Assembly: GCF_001194135.2 (NCBI RefSeq)
Contig: NC_068983.1
Span: 16,214,823 to 16,278,822, forward strand
From: Octopus bimaculoides
Taxonomy: Eukaryota
Length of the DNA stretch: 64,000 bases
Direction: 5' to 3'
Below, piece after piece: positions 53,559-64,000 of the stretch (position 1 is its first letter; the number at the start of each line of letters is the position of its first letter). A program made the position numbers and the translations under genes. The notes beneath the pieces were generated by a model that was not told where the DNA came from, did not search any database, and worked only from the letters and a program-made list of their open reading frames with translations.

Positions 53559-54372
53559 CTGAAAAAAAAAAGTTAAGAAACAATTGTTTACAACAAATTC
53601 AATACCACTATTAGTATCATAATTCTTTCAAAGATTCTATATATGTTGGTGTATAAGATGTACTTTCTTTTTACTCTTATATATAACTAAAAACTGCCAT
53701 GTATCTAATGTGGTGACGTTATGGATGGGAGATACTGAGTATATGAACATATGATGAAATCTTAAATTTGTTTTTTCCTACAAAAAAAGCAAGTGTTTGT
53801 CCCATGCAAGAGTGCATCTTATACACCAGCAAAAACAGTAGCTTTACACTTAATGATTTTTTTAAATATAGTTACAAAGCCTGAAATTTATGGTGAATGG
53901 GGTGAGCCATGTACATCAACTCCTGTATTTATTTGGTACTTTATCAACCCAGGAGGGATGGAAGACTAAGTTTTCCTTGGTAGAATATGAACATAAAGAC
54001 TTGGAACAAATACCACAATGGATCCAATACTCTAATAGTTCCATCAATACACTGCCCTCAAGAGCAGATAATAATAGTATACATTTATAGAGGTAAAAAC
54101 AGTTATAAAAATAAGAAAAATGAGTTAAAGGTCAATACATGATGAACATTTCATATATTTACTCAGGATTTGAGGCAAGGCACTGGTATGGATGTGAAAG
54201 CTGCAGGTATGGTAGTGTATAAGAAGTTCACTTTGCAATGTTGTTGTTTCAGGTTCAATCCCACAGTATGGCACATTGGGCAAGTTATGGCCTTAGGCCA
54301 ACTACTGCATTAATATGAGTGCAATTTGAAATATGGAAAATGTATGAGGAATTACTGGAAGTAATGCAAATA

Positions 54373-55308
54373 CGAGCATAATTTTTTTTTATATACATTA
54401 ACTGATATAAGTTGTTCAAATTGCAAACAGAGTAACTCCACTATGTTAACACGTCTTCCTATTCTTCATTGCAGGCAAATGATGGGTTCCAAGTAGAAAT
54501 AATATACCATTAGTGAGTTCTTTATGAAGGAGGAGGGTATAGGCGGTTCAACATCCACAGAAAGCTACAGATTGTTTATAGAGAAAACACCACTGATAAA
54601 AGAATGTGCACAGGTGGATGAAGTTTAAAAAAGGGGAAACCAGCACTGAAGACAAACCATCCAGTAGGAGATCATGAATTGCAACCACTGACACAAATCA
54701 CCAGCAAGTGAATGAATTGACTCACATGGACAGACAAGTTACAATGTGAAGCTTGCAGCACAACTGGACTGTGATCACAATGCAGTACAGAGGATGGTGG
54801 AAGACTTTGGAAAGTGGGTGCAAAGAGGGTACCATGGCGGGTGACACTCAATTTGAAGGAGAAAAAACGTGGAAGTCTGTTCTTATCTGCTGGAAGTGTT
54901 TGAAGCCAATGAAGCCCCACTCCTTTTTTTTTTCTTTTTTTCAATTCTGGTCACAGACTGAAACATGGGTGTATCTTTCTAATCAGGAAACAAAGGCTCA
55001 TTCCTGAGGAACCACCAAAGCCAAATAAGTTCCAGAGCCAGTGATTGGTACAGAAAATCACGGTGACTGTTGTTTGAGGTGACAAAAGCATCATTCTCTT
55101 TGATTTTCTGGAACATGGTTGTACCATGAACAGTTAATGATACGCTGAGACACTCAAAAGGTTAGAGAAGCCATTAAGAGGAAGAGACTGAACAAGAATC
55201 CGAAAGCAGTTCACATTCCCTGTGACACTGTACAACGACACAGACCTTTAAAAACAAATCTCTCAACAATTTGAACAACCTATGTCAGTTAATAAAAAGT
55301 TATGACCA
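54373..55308 (+). mobile_element. Decayed mariner-family DNA transposon
   Basis: Inverted termini: CATTAACTGATATAAGTTGTTCAAATTG near 54396-54423 versus CAATTTGAACAACCTATGTCAGTTAAT near 55267-55293. Frameshifted transposase remnants include IHRKLQIVY, TETWVY..QETKAHS (the D-ETWVY motif region) and FDFLEHG..TMNS. Confidence 0.75.
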
Positions 55309-55846
55309 TTTTTTCATTAATCTCAGTTTAACCTTCATATCACACTATGTATATGAATGTTGAGGACTCACCTGTCATAAATATCAGATGAGAGTTCCAC
55401 AACTTGCTCAGATGATTTGTTTATAGTGATCAAATGTTTCTAATCTACATTAGCTCACTCTATTTCCATAAAATCGACATTGCCTGTACAGGCGCACAGT
55501 GTGCCACACCACGCATCAGTTGTCGAAGTGACCACAGAGCAATGTGAAATGAAGTGTTTTGCTCAAGGATATGATGCACTGTCCAACTCAGGAATTGAAA
55601 CCACGATCTCATGACTAAGTGCAACACCCTAATCACTAGGCCACATGCCCTTACTCATGCATATGTGCATGTATGCACACCCACACGCACATATATACAC
55701 ACTCACTGTCATGCATGTATGTACATGCATTCTTTTATTGTCTTGCCAGCACAATCTTGTGGGAAGGCATTGCAATGCAATGACTATCTTAATGCTGTAT
55801 ATGTTAAGATTTAAGGATTCAGTTACAACTATTTCCCTTCTAAGTT

Positions 55847-55879
<33 letters not shown>

Positions 55880-56378
55880 GCATCCATTATGTTTATTCAC
55901 GGGTAATGCAAATTTCTAAGTTCAGAAGTGATGATGGTAGTGACAGGGGTTGCATTATATTTGATATGGCATTGTTTTCAAGTAAACACAGTTCTTTTAA
56001 ACCATGGACTTCAAACACTTTCACATACAGTATATTTATATTACCATTTCATGTCAGTGCAGTCAACTTTCCTACACACATCATAGAATGGGGGAACATA
56101 CATAGTCATTTGATGTACTAGAAATAACAGACAAATATCTCTCAAATCACTCTACAATCCCAGAAAAAATTTTTAAAAAATTTAGAGGAACATGTTGAGT
56201 TATGTAATGTGATAAACTGGTAGAAAAGACAGGATGGCTATGACTGGAAGGAGTTTGACTGAAGGTCTGTTCAACTAAGAATGACCTGGGGTCCAAACAA
56301 CGAAAATAAAAGCAATCAATCAAGCCAATGGGAGAGCTCTTTTTCTGATCATCTGACATACTAAAAATATTTATTTAT

Positions 56379-56426
<48 letters not shown>

Positions 56427-56481
56427 GCTCAAATCTGACCCTGCTATCTTAAAAAAAAAAGGATACATTACACAATATCCT

Positions 56482-56820
56482 CCAGTCAGGCGGTACTGGC
56501 AACAGCCATGCTCAAAATGGTGTATTTTATGTGCCACCCGCACAAGAGCCAGTTGCCAGTGCAGGTGGTACATAAAATACACCACTTTGAGCGTGGCCGT
56601 TGCCAGTACCACCTGACTGGCCTTCGTGCCGGTGGCACATAAAAACACCCACTACACTCTTGGAGTGGTTGGCGTTAGGAAGGGCATCCAGCTGTAGAAA
56701 CTCTGCCAAATCAGATTGGAGCCTGGTGTAGCCATCCGGTTTCACCAGTCCTCAGTCAAATTGTCCAACCCATGCTAGCATGTAAAGCGGACGTTAAACG
56801 ATGATGATGATGATGATGAT
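56482..56820 (+). mobile_element. Family B retroposon with an inverted 5' segment forming a hairpin
   Basis: 56482-56538 is the reverse complement of 56564-56620 (52/57 identical). The 3' end matches the 34067 copy and has a (GAT)n tail. Confidence 0.85.
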
Positions 56821-57274
56821 ATACCATATATATGCAAAAAGATGGTCACAGCTGGAATACCTTTTATCATTTGTGTTCCTACTGAAGTCTAACATGGGAC
56901 AAAAGAACAACAACCAATGTCATTAATGCCTAGTTACTTTCTGTCTAATTGTAAAGTTCCATGTAAAATTCTACAGCAGTTTCAATGGATCATAAACTAA
57001 TTTACTCAAACTATAACAATTATTCTCATTAGCCTCCCTAATCAGCCATCAACATACATCCTTTATATATGTGAGTGTTTCATGTCCAGTTTTCTATGCT
57101 TGCAACAGTTGGATGGAGTTTACTGAAGAAGTTTTTTTTATGGCAGGATACCCTTCCTGTCACCAACTTGTTTCCAAGCAAGGTAATATTGCTCTATGTC
57201 CAGACATACTTTCGCAGAAAATTGGGTATGAATCTCATTCACACCAAATACACAGATTCACATACAACTCTCAC

Positions 57275-57410
57275 GTGATGGGCTTCTTTCACTTTCTGAG
57301 TACCAAATCCACTCCCAAGGTTTTAGTCAACCTGGGACTCTTGCAGAAGGCACTTGCCTAAGGTACCATGCAGTGAAACTGAACCCAAAACCATGTGGCT
57401 GGGAAACAAA
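57275..57410 (-). mobile_element. SINE family C 5' part
   Basis: Reverse complement reads CCACATGGTTTTGGGTTCAGTTTCACTGCATGGTACCTTAGGCAAGTG...GGATTTGGTAC. Confidence 0.7.
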
Positions 57411-58103
57411 CTGCAAAGCTCCAGTCAAATTGGACTTTACAATAAATGTAACTTTACATTCAGCATTGAATCACCTAATCAGTTAAATATTCCAGTGCTA
57501 TTATTAAACTATCTTTAAATTAATCTCAGCGCATATACACTCATGTAAAATACACACACGTACATGCAAAAGCACATGAAAAAGAATGAGTGGGACCCGT
57601 TATTGGCAAGAAATATAACAGTTCCTGGAAATTTTTCTACCCCCACAGCATTCTAACCACACCCATTATGCTATCATTAGCTGTTTCCAGGTCTAATTAT
57701 ATCACATACATAGCAACATTTATCTAATATTTCAAGCAAGTTCTCCATTGCAGTTCATGATTTTTCAGTTTACTTTGCAGTGTTAGCTACATAAATGTAT
57801 CCAGTTAACTTCTCAGTCTGCTGAAAAATCCCCATTCTTACTGAATCCTTTTCTACTTAATTTAATGCAAACTGCACAAACACATTTTTTCTCGTTAACA
57901 ACTCCATTTGGATATTGATTTTGTTCATGCCCTTTTCCTAAATGTATCAGCAATGTAAAGGAAAACAGTTACAAATAAGATTTAAATGATGTTTAGATGT
58001 CAAGTGTTGTGAAGAAGGAGAGAGAAAGAGAAGAGGGAAAAAGAGGAAGTGAGGGAAAGAGCAAGAGAGGAAGGGAGAGAAAAGATTAAAGAACTGAACA
58101 CAC

Positions 58104-58769
58104 CTCACACTGAAATGGCTTTTCTCCAGAATGAACCATCAAATGTCTTTTCAAGTCACTAGGTTTGGGAAACACCTTGCCACATTGGCGACATGAGCGT
58201 CGGGACAGTATTGATTTACGGCGCCCTGGCCCTCTCGGTCTTCCACGTGTGGCATGTTCCGTTGGTAAGGATGTTTTCCACATCACAGAGTTCATATTAC
58301 TCTCTGTATTTGCATCATTACCATCTTCTTTTACTGGACATGAATAATTGATAATTGCCTGTGACACATGGGGGGGTCTACCCCGAGGTCGTGTACCTAG
58401 AGCTGACCGCCGGTTTGCAAGTCTTGATTTGGTATGTTTACTTGATACTCCGGCAGAAGCAGCACTGGCTTCTGCATCGGGGACGGCAGATAAATAAGCA
58501 TTGTTAGATTTTTTCCTTAACGTCAAGCGGCTTGTCTTTGAACTGGAACCTTGTTTACAAGACTTCAATAGACTTGATGTTAACGAACTCGACTTGTTTT
58601 CCAGCTGGTTGTCCAGACCAGTTTTAGCTCGAAGCCGTCGCGTTTTCCACTCTTTAACAAACCCCGAAGACTTTTTGGCACCAGGATTAAAACCTTCGGA
58701 AACGCTGTGATGTTTGATGTATTGGTGATATTGTAAGCTGCGTTTGGCCTTGAAAGATTTCTTACATAC
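58104..58769 (-). CDS. Zinc-finger gene exon: end of ZF2, two AT-hook-like motifs, ZF3, start of ZF4
   Basis: Acceptor TTTTGCAG|GTA and donor GAG|GTGTGT; 666 nt, phase 0/0. Joining completes CE|VCKKSFKAKRSLQYHQYIKH. Contains RPRGRPP, RGRPRGPGRRK and CRQCGKVFPKPSDLKRHLMVH-SGEKPFQCE. Confidence 0.93.
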
Positions 58770-59989
58770 CTGCAAAAGCAAATTTCACATCGACATTAGA
58801 CCATTTTTCTTATTCTTTCAGATAAACTGAAGCATATCAACTAAAATTACCAATTAGTATCAAAACATTCAAATTTAAAACTCTTGCTACTACTTTATAA
58901 ACATTATGGAATGCTAGTTTTAATATTTCCATATTTCTTCACTGGATATAACTATCTAATTTCTTACAGGGGAAAAAAAAAAAAAAAGAAACACTATACA
59001 CAGCATGTCTTCTCTGTAGGCAATGAAATGAGCCTCTCACATACGAAGGGTCTCTATGGTAATTATAAAAAATAGTTATAAATTAAGGTATATTTTGCTA
59101 TTCCTTTGCTTCCTACTTTTAAATATGCTTTTCCAAGTAAAAATTTTTTAAATGTGTATTCAGGAGGCTAGCAGCTTTTGGAAGAGTTATTGCACCAGAA
59201 TATTATCTAGCTGAAGGTTCTAATGGTTTGCTGTTATCAGATTGTTAGCTTCACTATATGAAATTTGGAACAGTGAATTAGAAAACTGTAACTCTGTTAC
59301 ATTCATGGATTCAATTCATCACTGTGCAGGTTAAACACAGAAGTTGAGATTAACAGTCTTCTAAACACTTATTATTCAATGAATGTCTCTCAGAAACACA
59401 AACTCATTAATTATAACACTCCATATTTAGCTTGGTAGTCAGGTCGACAATATGCTCTGATAGAGAAACGTTCCTGATATTATAACATATCTTTCCAATG
59501 GTTAATCTTTGATAATAATAATCATATATAAAAAACAAAAACAAAAAAAAAAAACACACCTATTACTTTTATTGTTGTCTGCAACACATTTACATAAATG
59601 CTTTTCATAAAATTGTAATCCTAATCAGATGTAAATAACTATTTGCATTTCATTATTGGCCACAAAAAATGAAAAAAAGAACAACAAAAAATGACCATGT
59701 CACTTGTATAAATGAATTACAGAGATGAAAGACAAAGTGTTAATACTGGTAGGATATGTACTTAGAACAATGAAGTATCAAAGCTTACCTGATATTAAAT
59801 AAACTACTAGAGAAGCTCCATGAATGTCTGTCATTACACTTTAAATATGCACTTGTTTCATAGCTTTTTGTTTTGTTTTGAGGGAAAATGCTTGATATAA
59901 AGACAGTAGTTGTCCAAACATCCTTATAATCACCCTTTGTACTAACTTTAATATGGTTAGTACTAATTAGTAAGATTATAAACTGAATA

Positions 59990-60420
59990 ACTGAATAGCA
60001 ACGATAAATTCATTTGATCAATTACATTGAGGGATCCTCTTCTTTGCATCACTGTTGTCACAAGCAAGTGACTTTTATTGGGAAGAGCAAAGAAAATGAA
60101 AACTCGTTACCAGTTTATGCCTTGGAAAGGTTGCTAAAAAAAACATATCACTTAACACTCCAGATACACCCAGGCCAGTTCATCAGCCCAAGTGATACAA
60201 GCCAATAGGATTTTGAGGTCAATCCATTGGTCTGATGGAACAAATGTTGTGAATGGTTGGTTTTGAAATGTAATAGTTAATCAGAGATCGTCTTTCAGTA
60301 GATGTATCTCAATAGAAAAGAGAATTTTGGTCTTTTTGGCTACACAGACCAAGACACAGTGTCCCAAATGGGTTAAATTACAGACACACAAGCAATTTTC
60401 TGGAATCCTTAGTTCCAGAC
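59990..60420 (+). mobile_element. Highly degraded Ty3/gypsy pol (RT thumb/RNase H) relic
   Basis: Colinear fragments MINYI, FYWEEQ, SDTSQ, SIEKR and TDTQA resemble gypsy GMVNY..F.W.EEQ..DASQ..SQIEKE..TDH. Many disabling mutations. Confidence 0.4.
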
Positions 60421-61274
60421 CTATGCCAGGTGTCAAATTAACTATTTTGTTAGATTAGAAGATGTTTCAAAATAGTAATTCTGAATAAATTCCTAGAAGG
60501 CTGCTACCACATCATTTATAACTTTTTCACTACTTAAGCTCTGTGACATGCCTTTGTTTACTCACTGGAAGCATGTTACAAAGTCGGAAACATTCTTCCA
60601 ACCCTTCAGCTATAATAATATGAAGTATTTAAGACAAGATCTAATGCTATGCGCTAACCTCTTAACCATTGGGTCCCACTGGGCCTTGTCTTGAAACATT
60701 ACTGTGAAAGATTTATATTTTCCTCTTCCATGCGGGAACAATGTATTCTCCACAGTAAACCTAAGTTATCTATTAACCTGCACTTGAGAGAGAGTTCCTA
60801 GGGGATTAGCACGTGGTGCTTGGTTTAGTTTTAAATATTTGTCTTTACAGTTAGGTGAGAGGAAGAGTGTTTCTGCCTTTATGATATGTTACTAATAAAC
60901 AAATGTGTATCATGAAGGCTTGGTAGTAAAAATATTATAATGACTGCAGGAAATTTAAGTATCCTCATGTAATTACGATTAGATTAAAAGGGATGCTGGA
61001 CATTCAGTAGCTAGAAAATCAGCTGATACCTTAATTTTCCTGACTTCACTGATAAAGAGTTAATAGAAATGGTATCCAACTACAAACAAAAATATTGATA
61101 CAAAAATATGCAAATGTTTGAATTTACAACAAAAGTTCAGCCATAATAACAATGGAAATTCCAGCAACAAAAGGAATCTGTATTGAAGGTTGGTAATAAT
61201 AGAGTGGTGTATGTAAGTAAAATAGAAATAATCTAAAATATTTGGGAATGATTACTGAAGAGGAACTTGCTTAA

Positions 61275-61495
61275 TACTTTAGCATTTAAACTGGCTATAT
61301 GCTGCCCAAATATTCTTCCTATTTTATATTCAAACTGGCCATATCCAGCCTCTCACACCTACCCAACATTTGTCATTCTAAACATAAACAGTCATATCAT
61401 TGAAATCTGAAAGCTACAAGATAATACATGAGTAACTCAAAATAATGTGAATACATAAACATTACATTTGACAGAATAATCCGAATGCTAAAGGA
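61275..61495 (+). mobile_element. piggyBac-type MITE copy
   Basis: TTAA|TACTTTAGCATT ... AATGCTAAAGGA|TTAA; interior aligns with the other copies. Confidence 0.8.
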
Positions 61496-62191
61496 TTAAT
61501 GACAACTAAAACCAACCCCAGTTTACTTGAAGGATTAAATTTGAGAAGATTAAAGGGGCAAAAATTTATCAAGTAAAAAATTTTGTTGGAAACAAGCACT
61601 TTGACAAATATGAAATGGAAAAAAAATTTTAAAACTCCATGTCGATAGGATCTGAATACAGGACAGTCTTTGACTGGACAAGAGATGACTTGAATAGTTA
61701 ATTGATTCTCTGTACTAGTATAATGTCTACAGCAACTTGGTGAGGTTAGTGTTTAGCTTGAACTTGCACATAGATGAATGCTTGTGAGAGAAACAATAAC
61801 AAGGCGTGAGTTTTACAGGGTTAAAGTTCTGAGTAATAAGTATTTAGTGAGAGTTTGTAGGGTGTAATGACATAGAGACGACTAATAGAGCAAAGGATAG
61901 TCAGGTACTTTGGATGGAAATGACATACAGCTTATTTGTTCAGAAGAACAGAGGTTACTGTAATAGAACAGGACAAAAGATGAAACAGTATGTCTGTAGG
62001 TTAGTGGCTGGAAAATGGTGAGAAAATCTTTGCCAATTAGGAGGATACCTTTCGAGATTTAGTCAATGATGATGATGATAGTGGTGGTGGTGATGGTGGT
62101 GATGGCAGTGGTGTGGTAGTAATAGCAGTAGTAGGAGATGTGGAATGTTGTACAACATAATCTCAGTAAAAAATTTTTAAAGCCAGATGAA

Positions 62192-62518
62192 GGCGTAGTC
62201 AAGTGATAAGAAGTTTGCTTTCTAACTACATGGTTCTGAGTTCAGTCTTACTGCATGGCACTTAGGCAAGAGTCTTCTGCTATAGCCCCTGGCCAGCCAA
62301 AACCTGTCTGTGTGTGTATATCCACCACCACCACCATCATTTGACAACTGGTGTCGGTTTGTTTACACCCCACAAAGCTTAAAGATTTGGCAAAAAGAGA
62401 CTGATAGAATAAGTACCAGGCTTTAAAATAGATACTGGTGTCAATTTGTTTCATTAAACCCATTAAGACAGTGCCCCAGTATGGCCATTATCTAACAACT
62501 GAAACAAGTTAGAAAAGA
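62192..62518 (+). mobile_element. SINE family C copy
   Basis: Colinear similarity to 26931-27339 in the head, the CTTAGGCAAG core and the GATAGAATAAGTACCAGGC tail. Confidence 0.75.
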
Positions 62519-62789
62519 TAAATCACTCCAAAAAGATAGATGAAGAAATGAAATAGTTCAACAAAACTTAGAATCTAACAATCTATAAACCAATCTTAAA
62601 CTTTACATGAAAAGTGAAAGGAGCTCAAATCAAATTAAAGAACAGCATGTAGTACAGCAATGAAGCTGTGAAATATCAGGACTAATAACATTTCTAATAA
62701 AATCTCATGAATATTAATAACCATTCTATTTTTTTAAGAAATTTAATGCTTCCTCATTGTAAATAGAGTTCAAAGAAAAGATAACTCAC

Positions 62790-63295
62790 CTCACAAGCAA
62801 ATGGCTTTTCTCCCGTGTGCTTGCGGACATGACGTGTTAAATCTGCTGGACTCTTCTTCACAATGCCACAGTATGGACAAGTGCGGTCCTGTGAAGACAG
62901 GCCGAAGCTTACATCCACCCCTAAGGACGATTCTGTTGATTTCTGGGCATTTAAGCGACAATTTCGTAAACTTCGTCGCAGTTGTCGTGCACCGCTTTCG
63001 GTACTTTTCGGATCACATGAAAGCAGTTTCGATTCTTGTTCACTAGTTTTCTTATCATATTTATCACGATTTTTCACATTCTTATCACAGTTTTTAGCAA
63101 CAGTCTTGACAGCTTCATCAACTAGAGAGGAACCTTCTACTATTGTATCACTATCACTGGTGTCTGCTTTTCTGAGGGAATCATCCTCATCGTCAGTAGC
63201 AGTTGGCTCTTCAACTCTCTCATTCTGGGTGGAGTTGTCTTTAGACTTACGGCTGGTAGACTCTAAAGAACTTTGTTCTAGTGAAACACCTTCAT
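62790..63295 (-). CDS. Multi-C2H2 zinc-finger protein, first exon visible in window (upstream exons lie beyond 64000); acidic/Ser-rich region plus ZF1 and the start of ZF2
   Basis: Acceptor TCTCTCTGTTTTCAG|AT at 63296/63295 and donor GAG|GTGAGT at 62790/62789. The 506 nt enter in phase 1 and exit in phase 0. Encodes CPYCGIVKKSPADLTRHVRKH-TGEKPFACE. Confidence 0.92.
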
Positions 63296-63380
63296 CTGAA
63301 AACAGAGAGAATAAAAAGATGCTCAGAAATATAAAAAATATACTGGAACACTTTATAAATGACAACAATACTACTACTAC

Positions 63381-63391
63381 TGATGATGATA

Positions 63392-63443
<52 letters not shown>
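63381..63443. repeat. (GAT)n microsatellite abutting a family A SINE tail
   Basis: Direct inspection. Confidence 0.95.
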
Positions 63444-63444
<1 letters not shown>

Positions 63445-64000
63445 AATAATTCTTTCTATTATAGGCACAAGGCCTGGATTTTTGTGGGGAGGAGGACAAT
63501 TGATCACATCGACCCCAGTACTTGACTGGTACTTAATTTATTGGCCTTGAAAGGATGAAAGGCAAAGTCGACCTTGGTGGAATTTGAACTTAGAATGTTG
63601 TGACAGATGAAATACCACTAAGCATTTCACCCGGCATGCTAACAATTCTGCTAGCTTACCGCCTTAATGATAATATTAATAATGACAAAGATAAAAGTTC
63701 CTGATTTAGACACAAGGCCAACAATTTTGAGGAGAGCGGGTTAGTCAATATCATTGACTCCAGTACTTGACTAGTACTCTATTTTATCAACCCCAATAAG
63801 ATGAAAGCAAAGTTGATCTTGGCGAGATCAAAACTAAGAACAAATAAAGCATTTGATGATGATAATAAATGGTTTCAAATTTCAGCCCAAGGTTAGCAAG
63901 TTTGTGGGGAGGGGTGTGAGTAAATGGCATCAACCCCAGTGCTCAACTGCTATTTATTTTATTGACCCTGAAAGGTTGGATGGCTTGAAAAGAGCTGGCA
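63444..64000 (-). mobile_element. Three tandem family A SINEs just upstream of the first visible exon
   Basis: Copy 63444-63665 has B box GTTCAAATTCC on the minus strand. Two further copies start near 63690 and 63860. Confidence 0.75.

Noticed and set aside
26401-63295. Assigning a gene symbol (ZNF236, ZNF407, REST/charlatan and RREB1 were considered)
   Set aside because: Only generic motif resemblance. The N-terminus is outside the window and no search could be run.
62754-63368. ORF-track start (MLSFIKCSS...) as the true N-terminus
   Set aside because: The sequence upstream of 63295 is a pyrimidine-rich intron end with a clear AG acceptor, so the real start lies outside the window.
62801-63550. 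Plus-strand ORFs (e.g. 62863-63525, 220 aa)
   Set aside because: Antisense shadow of the zinc-finger exon extended by the (GAT)n microsatellite.

Overview
This is AT-rich, microsatellite-dense eukaryotic genomic DNA with four assembly gaps. The SINE repertoire and style suggest an octopod cephalopod (Octopus sp.); that is inference from recalled repeat sequences, not a database search. One protein-coding gene is well supported. It is a 5'-incomplete, minus-strand, multi-exon C2H2 zinc-finger transcription factor whose six exons I joined by hand using GT/AG sites and phase (63295-62790, 58769-58104, 53558-50971, 46314-46166, 29958-29875, 26609-26401). These encode about 1400 aa with 12 zinc fingers (four dispersed doublets plus a C-terminal cluster of four), two AT-hook-like motifs and a poly-proline tract. 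The last two exons are missed by the ORF track. A candidate in-frame 93-nt cassette exon (37374-37282) would insert 31 aa into the linker between fingers 9 and 10. The rest is intron or intergenic sequence filled with several tRNA-derived SINE families, a TTAA-flanked piggyBac-type MITE (6 copies), a hAT MITE, decayed Tc1 and mariner transposons, RTE-LINE and Ty3/gypsy relics, minisatellites and two long fold-back hairpins. There is no evidence for a CRISPR array, rRNA or bona fide tRNA genes.
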